The translations under genes were made by a program, and so were the position numbers. 64,000 bases of DNA from Escherichia coli (GTDB taxonomy: Bacteria; Pseudomonadota; Gammaproteobacteria; Enterobacterales; Enterobacteriaceae): the NCBI RefSeq assembly GCF_003018255.1, contig NZ_CP027440.1; one strand, 5' to 3'. Each line of letters starts with the position of its first letter. Positions within the stretch are counted from its first letter, which is position 1. Under the pieces are notes generated by a model. That model was not told where the DNA came from. It saw only the letters and a list, made by a program, of their open reading frames with translations, and made no database searches. Of the stretch, positions 62,219-64,000 are shown piece after piece.

Positions 62219-63111
62219 CCGATTTACACACCGATGTAGAACGCTACCTACGTTATCTGAGCGTGGAGCGTCAGCTTAGCCCGATAACCCTACTTAACTA
62301 TCAGCGTCAGCTTGAGGCGATCATCAATTTTGCCAGTGAAAACGGCCTGCAAAGCTGGCAGCAATGTGATGTGACGATGGTGCGCAATTTCGCTGTACGC
62401 AGCCGCCGTAAAGGGCTGGGAGCTGCAAGTCTGGCGTTACGGCTTTCTGCGCTACGTAGCTTTTTTGACTGGCTGGTCAGCCAGAACGAACTCAAAGCCA
62501 ACCCGGCGAAAGGTGTTTCGGCACCGAAAGCGCCGCGTCATCTGCCGAAAAACATCGACGTCGATGATATGAATCGGCTGCTGGATATTGATATCAACGA
62601 TCCCCTCGCCGTGCGCGATCGGGCAATGCTGGAAGTGATGTACGGCGCGGGTCTGCGTCTTTCCGAACTGGTGGGGCTCGATATCAAACACCTCGACCTG
62701 GAGTCCGGCGAAGTGTGGGTGATGGGAAAAGGCAGCAAAGAGCGCCGCCTGCCGATTGGTCGCAACGCTGTGGCGTGGATTGAGCACTGGCTTGATTTGC
62801 GCGACCTGTTTGGTAGCGAAGACGACGCGCTTTTTCTGTCGAAACTGGGCAAGCGTATCTCCGCGCGTAATGTGCAGAAACGCTTTGCCGAATGGGGCAT
62901 CAAACAAGGGCTGAATAATCACGTTCACCCGCATAAATTACGTCACTCGTTCGCTACGCATATGCTGGAGTCGAGCGGCGATCTTCGTGGTGTGCAGGAG
63001 CTGCTGGGTCATGCCAACCTCTCCACCACGCAAATCTATACTCATCTTGATTTTCAACACCTTGCCTCGGTGTACGATGCGGCGCATCCACGCGCCAAAC
63101 GGGGGAAATAA
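62215..63111 (+). CDS. xerC: tyrosine site-specific recombinase XerC
   Basis: 298-aa ORF with catalytic region [13 protein letters not shown]...[15 protein letters not shown]. Confidence 0.95.
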
Positions 63112-63827
63112 TGCGTTTTTACCGGCCTTTGGGGCGCATCTCGGCGCTCACCTTTGACCTGGATGATACCCTTTACGATAACCGTCCGGTGATTTTGCGC
63201 ACCGAGCGAGAGGCGCTTACCTTTGTGCAAAATTATCATCCGGCGCTGCGCAGCTTCCAGAATGAAGATCTGCAACGCCTGCGCCAGGCGGTACGGGAAG
63301 CGGAACCCGAGATTTATCACGACGTGACGCGCTGGCGTTTTCGTTCGATTGAACAAGCCATGCTCGACGCCGGGCTGAGTGCCGAAGAAGCCAGTGCAGG
63401 CGCACACGCAGCAATGATCAACTTTGCCAAATGGCGCAGCCGAATCGATGTCCCGCAGCAAACCCACGACACCTTAAAACAGCTGGCGAAGAAATGGCCG
63501 CTGGTGGCGATCACCAACGGTAACGCCCAGCCGGAGCTGTTTGGTTTAGGGGATTATTTTGAGTTTGTGTTGCGCGCTGGCCCGCACGGGCGCTCAAAAC
63601 CGTTCAGCGATATGTACTTCCTGGCGGCGGAAAAACTCAACGTGCCGATCGGCGAGATCTTACATGTTGGGGACGATCTCACCACTGACGTGGGTGGGGC
63701 AATTCGCAGCGGAATGCAGGCCTGTTGGATCAGACCGGAAAATGGCGATCTGATGCAAACCTGGGACAGCCGTTTACTGCCGCATCTGGAAATTTCCCGG
63801 TTGGCATCTCTGACCTCGCTGATATAA
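63111..63827 (+). CDS. yigB: HAD-superfamily phosphatase YigB
   Basis: 238-aa ORF with HAD motif [10 protein letters not shown]. Confidence 0.9.
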
Positions 63828-63834
63828 TCAGCAA

Positions 63835-63854
63835 ATCTGTATATATACCCAGCT
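63835..63854 (+). promoter_or_regulatory. LexA (SOS) box upstream of uvrD
   Basis: atCTGTatatatacCCAGct fits the CTGT-N8-ACAG type operator. Confidence 0.75.
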
Positions 63855-63910
63855 TTTTGGCGGAGGGCGTTGCGCTTCTCCGCCCAACCTATTTTTACGC
63901 GGCGGTGCCA

Positions 63911-64000
63911 ATGGACGTTTCTTACCTGCTCGACAGCCTTAATGACAAACAGCGCGAAGCGGTGGCCGCGCCACGCAGCAACCTTCTGGTGCTGGCGGGC
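63911..64000 (+). CDS. uvrD: DNA helicase II UvrD, 5' end (partial, runs off window edge)
   Basis: MDVSYLLDSLNDKQREAVAAPRSNLLVLAG... approaching the Walker A motif. Confidence 0.9.
   Translation, partial: MDVSYLLDSLNDKQREAVAAPRSNLLVLAG

Overview
This window is a syntenic stretch of Escherichia coli-type core chromosome, with one clearly accessory segment of about 3.3 kb between cyaY and yifL (57108-60449). Gene identities come from reading the supplied ORF translations and from memory of E. coli proteins; no database search was run. Gene order: rbsC (3' end), rbsB, rbsK, rbsR, hsrA, yieP, a complete rRNA operon (16S, tRNA-Glu, 23S, 5S, tRNA-Asp, tRNA-Trp; rrnC-type), hdfR, maoP, comM, the ilvLXGMEDA operon with ilvY and ilvC, ppiC, rep, gppA, rhlB, trxA, rhoL-rho, the complete enterobacterial common antigen cluster (wecA to wecG), yifK, the argX-hisR-leuT-proM tRNA cluster, aslB, aslA, the sRNA glmZ, hemYXDC, cyaA, cyaY, then yifL, dapF, yigA, xerC, yigB and the start of uvrD. 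The accessory segment carries two minus-strand genes co-oriented with cyaY: a secreted protein of about 675 aa built from DKNYY-like repeats, and a 184-aa membrane-anchored protein that I tentatively place in the DUF3304 family. Each gene is preceded by a copy of a diverged 170-180 bp direct repeat containing a promoter-like region, a ribosome-binding site and the first 13 codons of the same signal peptide; the upstream copy survives as a 36-codon chimeric fragment. No integrase, IS element, CRISPR array or type VI secretion gene is present in the window. Other departures from the K-12 reference as I remember it are an intact ilvG and a very short ppiC-rep spacer. RNA and regulatory coordinates were counted by hand and may be off by a few bases.
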